Source: Candidatus Kaiserbacteria bacterium RIFCSPLOWO2_01_FULL_51_21 (GTDB lineage Bacteria; Patescibacteriota; Minisyncoccia; Phycocordibacterales; 2-01-FULL-51-21). From it: a stretch of DNA of 64,000 nucleotides. This document shows, piece after piece, positions 1-9,420 of the stretch. Location of the stretch: positions 11,268-75,267 of the forward strand of contig MFLV01000011.1 in the NCBI GenBank assembly GCA_001781435.1, read 5' to 3'. The translations under genes were made by a program, and so were the position numbers. Below the pieces are notes generated by a model, which made no database searches, had not been told where the DNA came from, and saw only the letters and a program-made list of their open reading frames with translations. The first letter of the stretch is position 1. Each line of letters opens with the position of its first letter.

Positions 1-1173
1 GATGCGTGTCGGGTCGTCTTTAGGTTTTGCCTGCATACCGGCAAGTTCGTGCACAAAGGGTTTCATTGCCCCATCCATTCCCACATGATGAATAATGGGA
101 ATGGCATTCGCTTGCGCGAGCGCGAGGTCGTCTTCCCCGAACGCCGGAGCAATGTGTACGATGCCGGTTCCTTCCGCCATGGTGACAAAATCGGCGGTGT
201 AAATTTTCCAAGCATTCTCTTTATTCACAAACGACTCGTTGACAAAGTAATCAAATACCGGCCGGTAACGCTTTCCCGCAAGTTCAGAACCCAAAAACTC
301 CGTCACAATCGTGTACACTCCCTCGAGGGTTCTGAGGCGATCGCGTGCCAGAATAAACCGCTCATCGCCAATTTGCACGAGCACGTAGCTTGCGCCGGCC
401 GCTACGGCAAGCGCCATGTTCCCCGGCAGAGTCCACGGCGTTGTGGTCCACGCCAAAAGATAGGTTCGGGGGCCTGCCCCATCAGAAGCGGACACTTGAG
501 CATCGCCAGCTCCACCAGTTCCAATAGGGTCAAGCAATTCGAATTTAACGGTGATGGCAAGATCAGTAACATCTTTATACCCCTGGCTTACTTCAAAATT
601 CGAGAGTGTCGTCCCGCAACGCGGGCACAACTGCATCGCTTTAAATCCTTCGTAAATGAGTTTTCTGTCGAAGAGCGTTTTAAATGCCCACCACACCGAT
701 TCGGTATAGGAAGTGTCCATCGTCTTATAATCGCGCTCCATATCCACGAATCGTCCCATCCGCGGCACGATACGTTTCCAGTCAGCGACATACCTAAGCA
801 CCCTCTCGCGTGCCGCTTTGTTGAAACGACCAACGCCAAGTATTTCAATATCTTTTTTTGTTTTGATATTGAGCTCCTCTTCGATCTGGTTTTCCAAAGG
901 AAGGCCGTGGCAATCCCAACCCCAGCGTCGGCGCACCCGGAAGCCTCGCATCGTTTTGTAGCGCGGAATAGCGTCCTTAATGGTGCCTGCAAGTATGTGC
1001 CCATAATGCGGCAATCCCGTGGCGAATGGGGGGCCATCATAGAAAATAAACTCCCCCAGAGAGGCTTTCTTCCCTTCGGATTTTTGGAAAATATTGTTTT
1101 TATTCCAGAATTCCAAAACCGCCTCTTCTCTCCTCGCCCGCTCGCTCTTTTCCTTCTGTTTCTCCATGTCCAT
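1..1173 (-). CDS. ileS: Isoleucyl-tRNA synthetase, N-terminal 391 aa; the gene continues beyond the window start
   Basis: Minus-strand translation from the ATG at 1171-1173: MDMEKQKEKSERARREEAVLEFWNKNNIFQKSEGKKASLGEFIFYDGPPFATGLPHYGHILAG...WDCHGLPLENQ. The class I HYGH motif is present and there is no stop before position 1. The listed plus-strand ORF 49..1284 is antisense to this gene. Confidence 0.8.
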   Translation of the reverse strand, partial: MDMEKQKEKSERARREEAVLEFWNKNNIFQKSEGKKASLGEFIFYDGPPFATGLPHYGHILAGTIKDAIPRYKTMRGFRVRRRWGWDCHGLPLENQIEEELNIKTKKDIEILGVGRFNKAARERVLRYVADWKRIVPRMGRFVDMERDYKTMDTSYTESVWWAFKTLFDRKLIYEGFKAMQLCPRCGTTLSNFEVSQGYKDVTDLAITVKFELLDPIGTGGAGDAQVSASDGAGPRTYLLAWTTTPWTLPGNMALAVAAGASYVLVQIGDERFILARDRLRTLEGVYTIVTEFLGSELAGKRYRPVFDYFVNESFVNKENAWKIYTADFVTMAEGTGIVHIAPAFGEDDLALAQANAIPIIHHVGMDGAMKPFVHELAGMQAKPKDDPTRI

Positions 1174-1318
1174 AAAAACCTTTATATTGTAACATTTTTG
1201 AAACCCGCCCAAAAAATCTACCCCAGCAAGAATTTTCGCCCCGGGTTTCCCATTTTCTTGATTTATTTTTTATATATGATATAATAAAAATTAGATTAGG
1301 CCATGGGAGGGCCGAACA

Positions 1319-1960
1319 ATGACTACCATTTCACAGCGAGTCGAAGACCCGCTGCTTGCGGTGTTGCTTCGTCTCTTTCCACACCCGACAGTCAAGGATG
1401 CAATGAACTGTCTGAAGATTGAACAGGTCCAAGATGCCGCGGTCAGGGTGGCAGAAAGAGCACGTCAGTTCGCCATCGACGAAGACGAAAGACGCCGAAC
1501 GAAAGGGGGGAAGGACCTCATCAACTATCGCGGATTTTACGTCGGCGCCGTTGGTATCGGGCTGATCTTAAGTCCCTGGCAAGGTCCCTATCCGTATACC
1601 TGGTTTGCTTTTGCCGCGTTTAACACCAAGCCTTCCAAAAAGGCTCGCAAATATTGCGCTGAAAAGCGACTCATGCGTGGCGCACGCAAGAACAGATGCA
1701 CGTGTTTGGGTGGTCTTGCGGTATCAGGAGAGCTACAGCCTGATGGCCGTAGTGGCATCCAGGGCTTGAATCTCGACCCCTGCGGGGCATGCCGGGATGA
1801 TGCGGCAGGTGAATACCGTTCGCTTTTCCGCAACGGCACCCTCCTCCTCACCGCTCAACCGGGTAGTCAGTTTCGGGAAGTGAAAACAATGTCGCAGCTC
1901 ATGGAGGCCCACGGCGAGAAATGGCCTCAACTGAGTAAGCATCGTGCGGGTCGTCCTTAG
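1319..1960 (+). CDS. CDA-fold zinc deaminase (cytidine/deoxycytidylate deaminase-like) with N- and C-terminal extensions
   Basis: Core ...FYVGAVGIGL...KYCAEKRLMRGA...(38 aa)...PCGACRD matches the C-A-E ... P-C-x-x-C zinc-ligand pattern of tetrameric cytidine deaminases. It has an ~70 aa N-terminal and ~45 aa C-terminal extension. Confidence 0.55.
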   Translation: MTTISQRVEDPLLAVLLRLFPHPTVKDAMNCLKIEQVQDAAVRVAERARQFAIDEDERRRTKGGKDLINYRGFYVGAVGIGLILSPWQGPYPYTWFAFAAFNTKPSKKARKYCAEKRLMRGARKNRCTCLGGLAVSGELQPDGRSGIQGLNLDPCGACRDDAAGEYRSLFRNGTLLLTAQPGSQFREVKTMSQLMEAHGEKWPQLSKHRAGRP

Positions 1961-2042
1961 AGAATGGAACTGGAACATCGGATGTTCTAGTTTACGAGGC
2001 ATCGTCTTGGTAATCTCTCAGTAAGAATATTCGCGTCAACCT

Positions 2043-2079
2043 GCGACCTCGAGTTATGCTCGAGGCGCATTTTTTTTAT
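2043..2079 (+). terminator. Rho-independent terminator after the deaminase gene
   Basis: Hairpin CCTCGAG-ttatg-CTCGAGG followed by TTTTTTTT. Confidence 0.5.
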
Positions 2080-2085
2080 AACTCC

Positions 2086-3795
2086 TCACATCCGCTCGGG
2101 GGTTTTGATGCCAAGGAGAAAAAGACCATTCATCATGGTTTGGTGAAATGCTTTGGTGAGTGCAAGTTTGTAGGGAGATTCGGGGGTATCGTCAATTATT
2201 TTTTCTTTTGCGTACCAGCTGTTGAACGTGCCGGCAAGCTCGGTGAGAAACGTGGCGACATAGTGCGGCTCGTATTCCCGCGCCGCGCGCTCAACAATTT
2301 CAGGAAAACGATATAAGAGTCGTTCAATTTCAATAACCTCTTTCGGCACACGCTCGACGTTATCCGCGCTTCCCGCTCTTCCAAGAATGGAGTGAGCACG
2401 CGTTGCCGCGTATTGAAGATAAGGACCACTGTCGCCCTCAAACGAAACAGATTTTTCAAAATCAAAAACGATATCGCTCCCCATTCCTTGCTTGAGAATG
2501 GAATACTTGATGGCGCCAATTGCGATTGCCTCGATAGTCTCCTGCTCCTTCCCCGTCGCCCGTTCGCTCATTTTCTCCTTCACTCTTTTTGAAACTTCAT
2601 CGATAAGCGACTCGGCAGTAACAATGTCACCAGTGCGCGAGGACATTTTCCCAGACGGGAGCCGCAGCATCCCATGCGGAATATGCACGATTTTTTCCGC
2701 GAGTTTCGCGTTAATGCGGCGAAGCGCGGCAAGAACTACCTTGAAGTACTCGACTATCTCATTGCCCGTGATGGAAACAAAAATGTCAGCCGGGTGACGC
2801 TCCTCTTTTAGAAACGCCAGACCGATTTCTTTTGCTTCATAGGTTGGCAGTCCTTCGGAATTCAGAAACACGCGGGTATGGAGTCCTTCTTTTCCCCCAC
2901 GAAAAACTATAGCCCCCTCACTTTGTTCAAAAACTTCTGGGTGTTCTTCGACAATTCTTTTTCCATATACTCCGCTATAAGATTCAAAATAATAATAATC
3001 AAATCCTGTTCCAGTTTTTTCATTAAATGTTCCCAGTTTTTTATAAATTTTTTCAAATTCCCTGAATGATTCGGCTTTCCCTTCAGAATAAAGTTCTAAT
3101 AAATCCTTTTTTTTACTACCTTTTCCATAGAGGCTTTCATATATTTCTTTATTAATTTCTCGAATTTCTTTTTTGGCTTCCTCCTCTTCTTCATATTTAG
3201 CAGCACCCCATCCGTAAGCCTCTCCCCATTTAACATTTGGTTTCTTCATTTTCCCCCAAAGCGCCTTTGCAACATGAAGCCCGACATCACCCTGATAGCT
3301 TGCCCGCTTCACTTCCGCGCCGGAAAACTCAATGAGCCGCGCAATAGATTCACCAATCGCATTACTCATAAGATGCCCAATGTGAAATTCCTTGAATGGG
3401 TTCGGGTCGGTGTATTCCACCATTACCTTCTTTCCAAGAAGCATCTTGTTCTTTCCCCACTCTTCCCCCGATTCGAGAATTTTCCTTACATTACCGGCAA
3501 AAAAATCCCTTGAGAGAAAAAAGTTGATGAAACCGGCCCCCGCCACGTCAACTTTTTCCACCTCCTCCAGCTGCTGTTGTACGATATATCGTACAACTTT
3601 CTCGGCAAGCTCCCGTGGATTGCCGCCCTGCGATTTCGCCAGTACTAGCGCAACATTGCTCGCATAATCTCCGTGCAAGATATCGGCCGGATGCTCCAGA
3701 TAAATGTCGGGGATGGAGAGACCGAGACTTTTGAGCGCCTCCATTATCGACTGCTTGATTTTCTCAACAATCATTGCGGCCATTGTAGCACGCAC
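2086..3795 (-). CDS. argS: Arginyl-tRNA synthetase
   Basis: EFHIGHL (HIGH motif) and an ArgRS-like anticodon-binding C-terminus. It contains a K/E-rich low-complexity insert (KYEEEEEAKKEIREINKEIYESLYGKGSKKKDLLELY). Confidence 0.9.
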   Translation of the reverse strand: MRATMAAMIVEKIKQSIMEALKSLGLSIPDIYLEHPADILHGDYASNVALVLAKSQGGNPRELAEKVVRYIVQQQLEEVEKVDVAGAGFINFFLSRDFFAGNVRKILESGEEWGKNKMLLGKKVMVEYTDPNPFKEFHIGHLMSNAIGESIARLIEFSGAEVKRASYQGDVGLHVAKALWGKMKKPNVKWGEAYGWGAAKYEEEEEAKKEIREINKEIYESLYGKGSKKKDLLELYSEGKAESFREFEKIYKKLGTFNEKTGTGFDYYYFESYSGVYGKRIVEEHPEVFEQSEGAIVFRGGKEGLHTRVFLNSEGLPTYEAKEIGLAFLKEERHPADIFVSITGNEIVEYFKVVLAALRRINAKLAEKIVHIPHGMLRLPSGKMSSRTGDIVTAESLIDEVSKRVKEKMSERATGKEQETIEAIAIGAIKYSILKQGMGSDIVFDFEKSVSFEGDSGPYLQYAATRAHSILGRAGSADNVERVPKEVIEIERLLYRFPEIVERAAREYEPHYVATFLTELAGTFNSWYAKEKIIDDTPESPYKLALTKAFHQTMMNGLFLLGIKTPERM

Positions 3796-3807
3796 CGAGA
3801 GCCCAAT

Positions 3808-4503
3808 TCAGAGCTTGAGGCGACGGCTGACTGCCTGCCGAATCTCCTTGCGGATTGATTCAACTGAACGCATCTTGCCGCGAGGAGCACAGGTGATTTC
3901 AATCCAGTCAGGCCGCGTTGCGGCAAGAGAGCGGTATTGCCGTATCGCCGCCCGCTGGAGAGAAGGGTTGCGTTCGTGGTAATCTTTTCGCCACTTTGTG
4001 TTATTCAAGTAGGGGCGTTTTTTCTTTTCGGCGATAAATTTCTGCGAGACGGCAAGGAGCACATGTAAATAAATTACGAGCGACGGTCGCGGTATGCCGA
4101 GCTCCCGGTACTCAAGCTTTTCAAGCCACTTGATAAAAGCACTCCGCTTCCTCCCGGACGAAAATTTTGCCGACTGGTATGCCGCATTGCTCGGCGTGTA
4201 GCGGTTGCAAACCACGACGCCACGGGAAAGCGCCTTGGTAATTTTAGGAATGGCGCTCACGCGGTCGAGTATATAGGGCAACGATGCAATTTCAGGAAAC
4301 ATTGCCACAAAATCGCCGAATTCTCCCGCGAGCGCTCTCCCAACGAGCGCCCCGGCAAGTGATTCCCGGTAGCGGGGAAAATCGAAGTACGCAACGCGGT
4401 GCTTTTTTGAGAGCTCCTTCACGAGCGCTTTCGCTTGAGTCTTCTTGCCGGCTCCGTCGGAGCCCTCAATGACGATAAGACTTCCTTTCTTCATTGTCGA
4501 CAA
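3808..4503 (-). CDS. tmk: Thymidylate kinase
   Basis: LIVIEGSDGAGKKTQ P-loop and an overall Tmk-like sequence. Confidence 0.9.
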   Translation of the reverse strand: MSTMKKGSLIVIEGSDGAGKKTQAKALVKELSKKHRVAYFDFPRYRESLAGALVGRALAGEFGDFVAMFPEIASLPYILDRVSAIPKITKALSRGVVVCNRYTPSNAAYQSAKFSSGRKRSAFIKWLEKLEYRELGIPRPSLVIYLHVLLAVSQKFIAEKKKRPYLNNTKWRKDYHERNPSLQRAAIRQYRSLAATRPDWIEITCAPRGKMRSVESIRKEIRQAVSRRLKL

Positions 4504-4509
4504 TTTCTC

Positions 4510-5778
4510 TTACAAAAATTGCTCGGGAATCGGAAATTGTTTGCATAGAGTTCTCACTTCTTCCCGAATTTCTTTTTTCTTTGCGTCGTTGTCCTTGTTT
4601 TTGAGCGTCTCAACCAGGAGTTCAGCCACTCGAGCGGACTCTTTCTCCTTGAAACCGCGGGTCGTTATCGCCGGCGTACCAAAGCGGATACCGGAAGGGT
4701 CCATCGGTTTCCTCGGGTCATCGGCAATCATGTTCTTGTTAAGGGTAATGCCCACCTCGTCAAGCACCGTCTCCGCTTCTTTGCCCGAAATACCGAGCGA
4801 GCCATGCACGTCGGCAAGAATCAGATGGTTGGATGTCCCCCCACCGATCATGCGGATACTGTGGCGGTGCAGCACTTCCTCCATCGCTTTGGCATTCTTA
4901 AGTATCTGCGCTGCATACGTTTTGAATGAAGGATGCAGGGCTTCACCAAAGGCAACCGCTTTTGCTGCAATGTTGTTCATATGCGGACCCCCTTGAAAGC
5001 CAGGAAAGACCGTTTTGTCTATTTTTTTGGCAATATCTTCGCTCTCTCTCGTCAAAATCATGCCTCCGCGGGGGCCTCGTAGTGTCTTATGCGTGGTGGT
5101 CGTAAGCACATCAAAACCAGAATCAAAGGGGTTCTTCGCGGCACGCCCGGCAATGAGACCGGCGATATGGGCGATGTCCATAACCGCATATGCTCCGACT
5201 TCTCGAGCGATGGAAACAAATTTTTTGTAATCGAGTTCCCGCGAGTATGCCGAAAAGCCCGCGAGTACAATTTTCGGCTTTGCTTCTTTGGCAACGCGCA
5301 ACATTTCGTCGTAATCAATTTCTCCCGTGTCAGGATCTTTCATTTTGTACCGTACAAAGTTGAAGAACTTGGTGATGTAGGTCACGGGATGCCCGTGCGT
5401 AAGATGCCCTCCGTGAGAGAGATCCATGCCGAGCACCGTGTCCCCTGGTTCAAGAAGAGCAAAGTAGAGAGCAACGTTGGCAGGGGCGCCAGAGAGCGGC
5501 TGCACATTGGCAAACTGGCAGTTGAATAATTTTTTAGCCCGCTCGATGGCAATTGTTTCAACAACATCAGTGAACTCCTGCCCACCGTAGTAGCGCTTAC
5601 CGGGATACCCTTCGGAATATTTATTGGTAAGGACCGAGCCCATCGCTTCGCGAACGGCTCGGGATACGTAATTTTCCGAAGGGATAAGCTCCAGCCCTTC
5701 CGCCTCTCGTTGTTCTTCGCCTTCAAGAGCATCAAAAACCTCCTTATCCTGTTTTTGTATGTGTTCGTAGAAATTCAT
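4510..5778 (-). CDS. glyA: Serine hydroxymethyltransferase
   Basis: LELIPSENYVSRAVREAMGSVLTNKYSEGYPGKRYYGG and TTTTHKTLRGPRGG. Confidence 0.95.
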   Translation of the reverse strand: MNFYEHIQKQDKEVFDALEGEEQREAEGLELIPSENYVSRAVREAMGSVLTNKYSEGYPGKRYYGGQEFTDVVETIAIERAKKLFNCQFANVQPLSGAPANVALYFALLEPGDTVLGMDLSHGGHLTHGHPVTYITKFFNFVRYKMKDPDTGEIDYDEMLRVAKEAKPKIVLAGFSAYSRELDYKKFVSIAREVGAYAVMDIAHIAGLIAGRAAKNPFDSGFDVLTTTTHKTLRGPRGGMILTRESEDIAKKIDKTVFPGFQGGPHMNNIAAKAVAFGEALHPSFKTYAAQILKNAKAMEEVLHRHSIRMIGGGTSNHLILADVHGSLGISGKEAETVLDEVGITLNKNMIADDPRKPMDPSGIRFGTPAITTRGFKEKESARVAELLVETLKNKDNDAKKKEIREEVRTLCKQFPIPEQFL

Positions 5779-5789
5779 ACAACAGCATA

Positions 5790-6749
5790 CTACCCGTGGA
5801 GCGCTTTATTGTAACCGCCGGCAACCGTAAGTTCCGCTTTTATGGAGCCATGTGGTTCATAGTCGACCAGTTCCACGTACTCCGGCTTGAAGCTTTCAAG
5901 AGAGTTAAAGGACTCCGTGAAGCGGAGCTTCGGAAATGGTTTGGGTTCGCGCCCGAGTTGTTCCTCGACTTGTGCGCGGTGATTTTCATACATATGCACG
6001 TCTCCAAAAGTATGGATAAATTCTCCCGGTTCTCGCCCGAGAATCTGCGCCACAATGACAGCCAAAAGCGCATAACTTGCAATGTTGAAGGGAACGCCGA
6101 GAAAGACATCGGCGCTACGCTGATAGAGCTGTAAGCATACTTTCCCTTTTTTTATATTGAGTTGGTAAAGATTGTGGCAAATGGGAAAGCGGGCACCTTC
6201 TCCAGGACGCGCCATGGCATAGAGGTATTCCGGATTCCACGAGGTAACGAGGGTATTGTGTGCATCGGCGTCCTTGCGGAGTTCATCAATAGTCCATTGC
6301 AGCTGATCTACCGTTCTGCCGTCAGACGCCGGCCAGCGCCTCCAAAGTTCACCATAAATATGTCTAAGCTCCCCATGTTCCTTCGCAAATGATGCATCGG
6401 TTTTAATCCTCTCAATAAAAGCATCTTTTCCCATGGCAGCCACAAGACCTTTTTCGACTTTTTCGACATAGAGTTTATACGGATAGTCGTCCCATATGTG
6501 CACGTCTTGGTCAACGAGATATTTGATGTTCGATTGGCCGGAGAGAAACCAAAAGAGTTCATGAAGAACCCCCTTCCAATAGACTCGCTTCGTGGTGAGC
6601 ATCGGAAAACCATCTGAGATATCAAAACGGATTTGTCTGCCGAATACGCTGTATGTTTTGACTCCCGTACCTTTATCAACCTGCTCTTCTCCCGTGAGCG
6701 TTTCGCGCAAAAGATCAAGATATTGGTATTCGGGGTGTCTCTTTTCCAT
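5790..6749 (-). CDS. thyA: Thymidylate synthase (ThyA type)
   Basis: MEKRHPEYQYLDLL...PICHNLYQLNIKKGKVCLQLYQRSADVFLGVPFNIASYALL. The start is chosen at MEKRH so that it abuts dcd; the ORF could extend to 6818. Confidence 0.9.
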   Translation of the reverse strand: MEKRHPEYQYLDLLRETLTGEEQVDKGTGVKTYSVFGRQIRFDISDGFPMLTTKRVYWKGVLHELFWFLSGQSNIKYLVDQDVHIWDDYPYKLYVEKVEKGLVAAMGKDAFIERIKTDASFAKEHGELRHIYGELWRRWPASDGRTVDQLQWTIDELRKDADAHNTLVTSWNPEYLYAMARPGEGARFPICHNLYQLNIKKGKVCLQLYQRSADVFLGVPFNIASYALLAVIVAQILGREPGEFIHTFGDVHMYENHRAQVEEQLGREPKPFPKLRFTESFNSLESFKPEYVELVDYEPHGSIKAELTVAGGYNKALHG

Positions 6750-6750
6750 G

Positions 6751-7308
6751 CTAGCGTTTTTTCTTTGCCTTCCGCGGCGCGACGTAGCCCCGAACGTTGT
6801 TGCCTTGATACCTTCCAACTTGGCGATAATTTTTCGCCGTCCGGGACGAAATGGTGGAAAAGGTCAACTGGGCAATCTGCATGCCGGGGCGGAGGATGAT
6901 GGGCACACTGTTAAGATTGCAAAGCTCAAGCGTCACCTGCAAGAAATGCCCGGGATTGATGAGCGATGCTGAGTTATGGACCAAAAGCCCGATACGGGCA
7001 AGGGAGCTTTTTCCGTTCATTTCAATGAGATACACATCCGAACCGAAGTGTTCTTTTGAGCAACCGAGGATTGAGACGCCAGGGTGGAGCACAAATGTTC
7101 CGCCATTCTTTACGGTCACTGTGTGAGTTTTTGGGAAAATCTTTTTTACCGGGTCGATGATGCTTGTGGTATGCGGTTCGGTGATGATGAAGGTGTTGCC
7201 AAGTGAAATATCATAACTCACTGGCTGGAGTCGCTTGCGGTCGAAAGGTTTGAGGACAATCGTGCCATGCTTCACTTCTTTCGCAATGTCGATATCAGAG
7301 AGAAACAT
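6751..7308 (-). CDS. dcd: dCTP deaminase (dUTPase superfamily)
   Basis: MFLSDIDIAKEVKHGTIVLKPFD...VHNSASLINPGHFLQVTLEL is typical of Dcd. Confidence 0.85.
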   Translation of the reverse strand: MFLSDIDIAKEVKHGTIVLKPFDRKRLQPVSYDISLGNTFIITEPHTTSIIDPVKKIFPKTHTVTVKNGGTFVLHPGVSILGCSKEHFGSDVYLIEMNGKSSLARIGLLVHNSASLINPGHFLQVTLELCNLNSVPIILRPGMQIAQLTFSTISSRTAKNYRQVGRYQGNNVRGYVAPRKAKKKR

Positions 7309-7339
7309 ACTTGTGGGTTTATTGTCTTTAATATTCTAG

Positions 7340-7369
7340 CGTAATTCGTGATTCGTAATTCGTAATTCG
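7340..7369. repeat. Heptamer-periodic ATTCGTA/TACGAAT intergenic repeat, single arm
   Basis: gTAATTCGtgATTCGTAATTCGTAATTCGg, 7-nt period, between dcd and the CYTH gene. Confidence 0.6.
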
Positions 7370-7373
7370 GTTC

Positions 7374-8078
7374 TTATTGAACCACGAATATTTTGTCCGT
7401 GCCATAATACTCCGGCCAGTGACTATTGTAGTAGGCAAACATTCGCTCAAGCCGCTCCTGTGGAAGCTCCTCAACGCCGAGCTCGCGCATAAACCCCTCG
7501 AGGGATTGCTTCGCCAAAGGAATCTCCGCGGTGTCATCCACGACTTTCTCAAACTCCGCCAGGTAGCCATAACCGGCGTTTTTATCAAGGCAGACCGTCG
7601 CACTCTTATAAGAATACTCCTCCCGCTCCCGCGACCACTTCGCCTGATAGCGAAAGCCGGCGTCAAGGAGAAGCTGGTCAAGCTCTTCAATTCTCATGCC
7701 GGTGACTGGCGCTTCGAACTCAAGCCGCGAAATCGTATTGTGACTTGAACCTTCATCGAGTGACGCTTTCACAACAAAAAGAAGATTGCGGTCGTCAATA
7801 AGGCGGGTGCGAATTGAAAAATCTTTCCCTCGTTCCAACATATCCGAAAGTTTTTTTTGATCCTCCGGCGAGAATGTGTGTGCAAGTGTCGCGCGAAGTT
7901 TTGAGATATCACCACCGACAAAATAGTGGTTAAGCTGTTTGCTTCGAGTGTGGCAGATAGCGGAAGGATCGAGTGTTTGCATGTCTCTACGCAACTTCTC
8001 TGCGCGTTCGCGATTTCCAAGAAGCGATTTGATTTCGATTTCGCAGGATGGCATGTTCCCAATTATACGCTTCCCCAT
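7374..8078 (-). CDS. CYTH-domain protein (class IV adenylate cyclase / triphosphatase-like)
   Basis: N-terminal CEIEIKSLL (ExExK motif) and a C-terminal YLAEFEKVV segment. Confidence 0.5.
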   Translation of the reverse strand: MGKRIIGNMPSCEIEIKSLLGNRERAEKLRRDMQTLDPSAICHTRSKQLNHYFVGGDISKLRATLAHTFSPEDQKKLSDMLERGKDFSIRTRLIDDRNLLFVVKASLDEGSSHNTISRLEFEAPVTGMRIEELDQLLLDAGFRYQAKWSREREEYSYKSATVCLDKNAGYGYLAEFEKVVDDTAEIPLAKQSLEGFMRELGVEELPQERLERMFAYYNSHWPEYYGTDKIFVVQ

Positions 8079-8129
8079 GAACCCGAGAGAAGCTTACTCT
8101 CGCGAGAGTCCCGTGGTATAACACGAGAA

Positions 8130-8636
8130 ATGCAAAAGCCTCGGGTAAGCACGGTCGTCGCAATAGGCTCTGGCAATCGCGCCATTGGGGAAGGTGGGAA
8201 GCTTCTGTGGCATATCCCTGAAGACCTTAAGCGCTTTAAGGCAATCACCTTGGGACACCCTGTCGTCATGGGACGCAAGACTTTTGATTCTATCGTTGCC
8301 ATCCTCGGCAAACCCTTACCAGGAAGAGTCAGCATCGTGATAACCCGCGATGCCACATGGCACTATCCGGAGGTGATTGTTGTCCATTCGCTTGAAGAGG
8401 GGCTCGCGAAAGCCCGCGAGCTCGACCAAAAAGAAATCTTCATAGGCGGTGGCGGACAAATCTACGAGCAGGCGCTTCCTTTCCTCGATCGCCTGTATCT
8501 CACGCTTATCGACGAGGAAAAAGAAGGCGATTCTTTTTTTCCGCCCTACGAACATCTCTTTACTAAAAAAATTTCAGAGGAAGCGCGTGAATGGAAAGGT
8601 GTTTCTTATCGATGGGTTACCCTTGAGCGCGACTAG
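8130..8636 (+). CDS. folA: Dihydrofolate reductase
   Basis: MQKPRVSTVVAIGSGNRAIGEGGKLLWHIPEDLKRFKAITLGHPVVMGRKTFDSI. The start is an internal Met of ORF 7926..8636. Confidence 0.85.
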   Translation: MQKPRVSTVVAIGSGNRAIGEGGKLLWHIPEDLKRFKAITLGHPVVMGRKTFDSIVAILGKPLPGRVSIVITRDATWHYPEVIVVHSLEEGLAKARELDQKEIFIGGGGQIYEQALPFLDRLYLTLIDEEKEGDSFFPPYEHLFTKKISEEAREWKGVSYRWVTLERD

Positions 8637-8676
8637 CGAGTTTGCTCTCCTCGCATTCACCCGCGGCCGTGGGGCT

Positions 8677-9420
8677 TCACTCTCCGCCCTTTTTCCATCG
8701 GACCCTCCGCCAGAACGGCGCGAATATGTCGTCTTTGAGCGAAACACGGAATTCACTCCAGCCGCGCCTCGTACGCCGACCCTGCCATATCGTTTTCGGC
8801 ACCTCACGAATAACTGCAAGGGGTGTTTGTTCGTTTCCTTCTCCCATGACGAGCACTGCCGCCGCGGCAAGTGCGTCAGCCAGGTTTGCTTGCTCCATTT
8901 TAAGACGCCGCCCGAAGATATCGGGAAGTCCTCGGTAATCGTAGAGCGGCTGAAATCCGGAGTAGCCAAGAGCAAAGCCAATAGCCCCGCGGCGAAGTGG
9001 TGTTGACGTCGAGTCGGTGATAATGACTCCAAGATGTTTTAAACGAAAATGGAGCTTGAGTGCGCGGCGCAGGCGCGAAGCCGAAGCGTCGGGATTCTTC
9101 GGCCAGAGGATGTAGTGCCCTTTGCCGTTGCTCTCATCAATGCCGGCATTTCGAATAAGGACGCCGCGTGCGATCGTGTGAAAAACGTTGCGTCCAGCAG
9201 CGCGCGCATTCGGAAGAAAGAGTGAAGATTCCTTCCGAGCAAGCGCCTTTTTATCATTTGCCTCAACCGGGAGACAAAGTCCTTCATGAATACTTACGAC
9301 TTTTGAGGCAACGGCGAGCACATCTCCCTCTCGAAGTCGGAGGTCCGAATGAAAAATCGCCGCGAGGAGGTCATCGTGTGGCGGAATGAGCGCGTGGAGT
9401 TTGACTGGTCTAACGTACAC
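8677..9420 (-). CDS. CofE-like gamma-glutamyl ligase family protein (F420-0:glutamate ligase homolog)
   Basis: GIDESNGKG and VIITDSTSTPLRRGAIGFALGYSG motifs resemble the CofE / folate-related gamma-glutamyl ligase family. It lies next to folA. Confidence 0.45.
   Translation of the reverse strand: MYVRPVKLHALIPPHDDLLAAIFHSDLRLREGDVLAVASKVVSIHEGLCLPVEANDKKALARKESSLFLPNARAAGRNVFHTIARGVLIRNAGIDESNGKGHYILWPKNPDASASRLRRALKLHFRLKHLGVIITDSTSTPLRRGAIGFALGYSGFQPLYDYRGLPDIFGRRLKMEQANLADALAAAAVLVMGEGNEQTPLAVIREVPKTIWQGRRTRRGWSEFRVSLKDDIFAPFWRRVRWKKGGE

Noticed and set aside
49-1284. 411-aa plus-strand ORF at the window start
   Set aside because: The opposite strand encodes a clean IleRS N-terminus with the HYGH motif, so this ORF is an antisense artefact.
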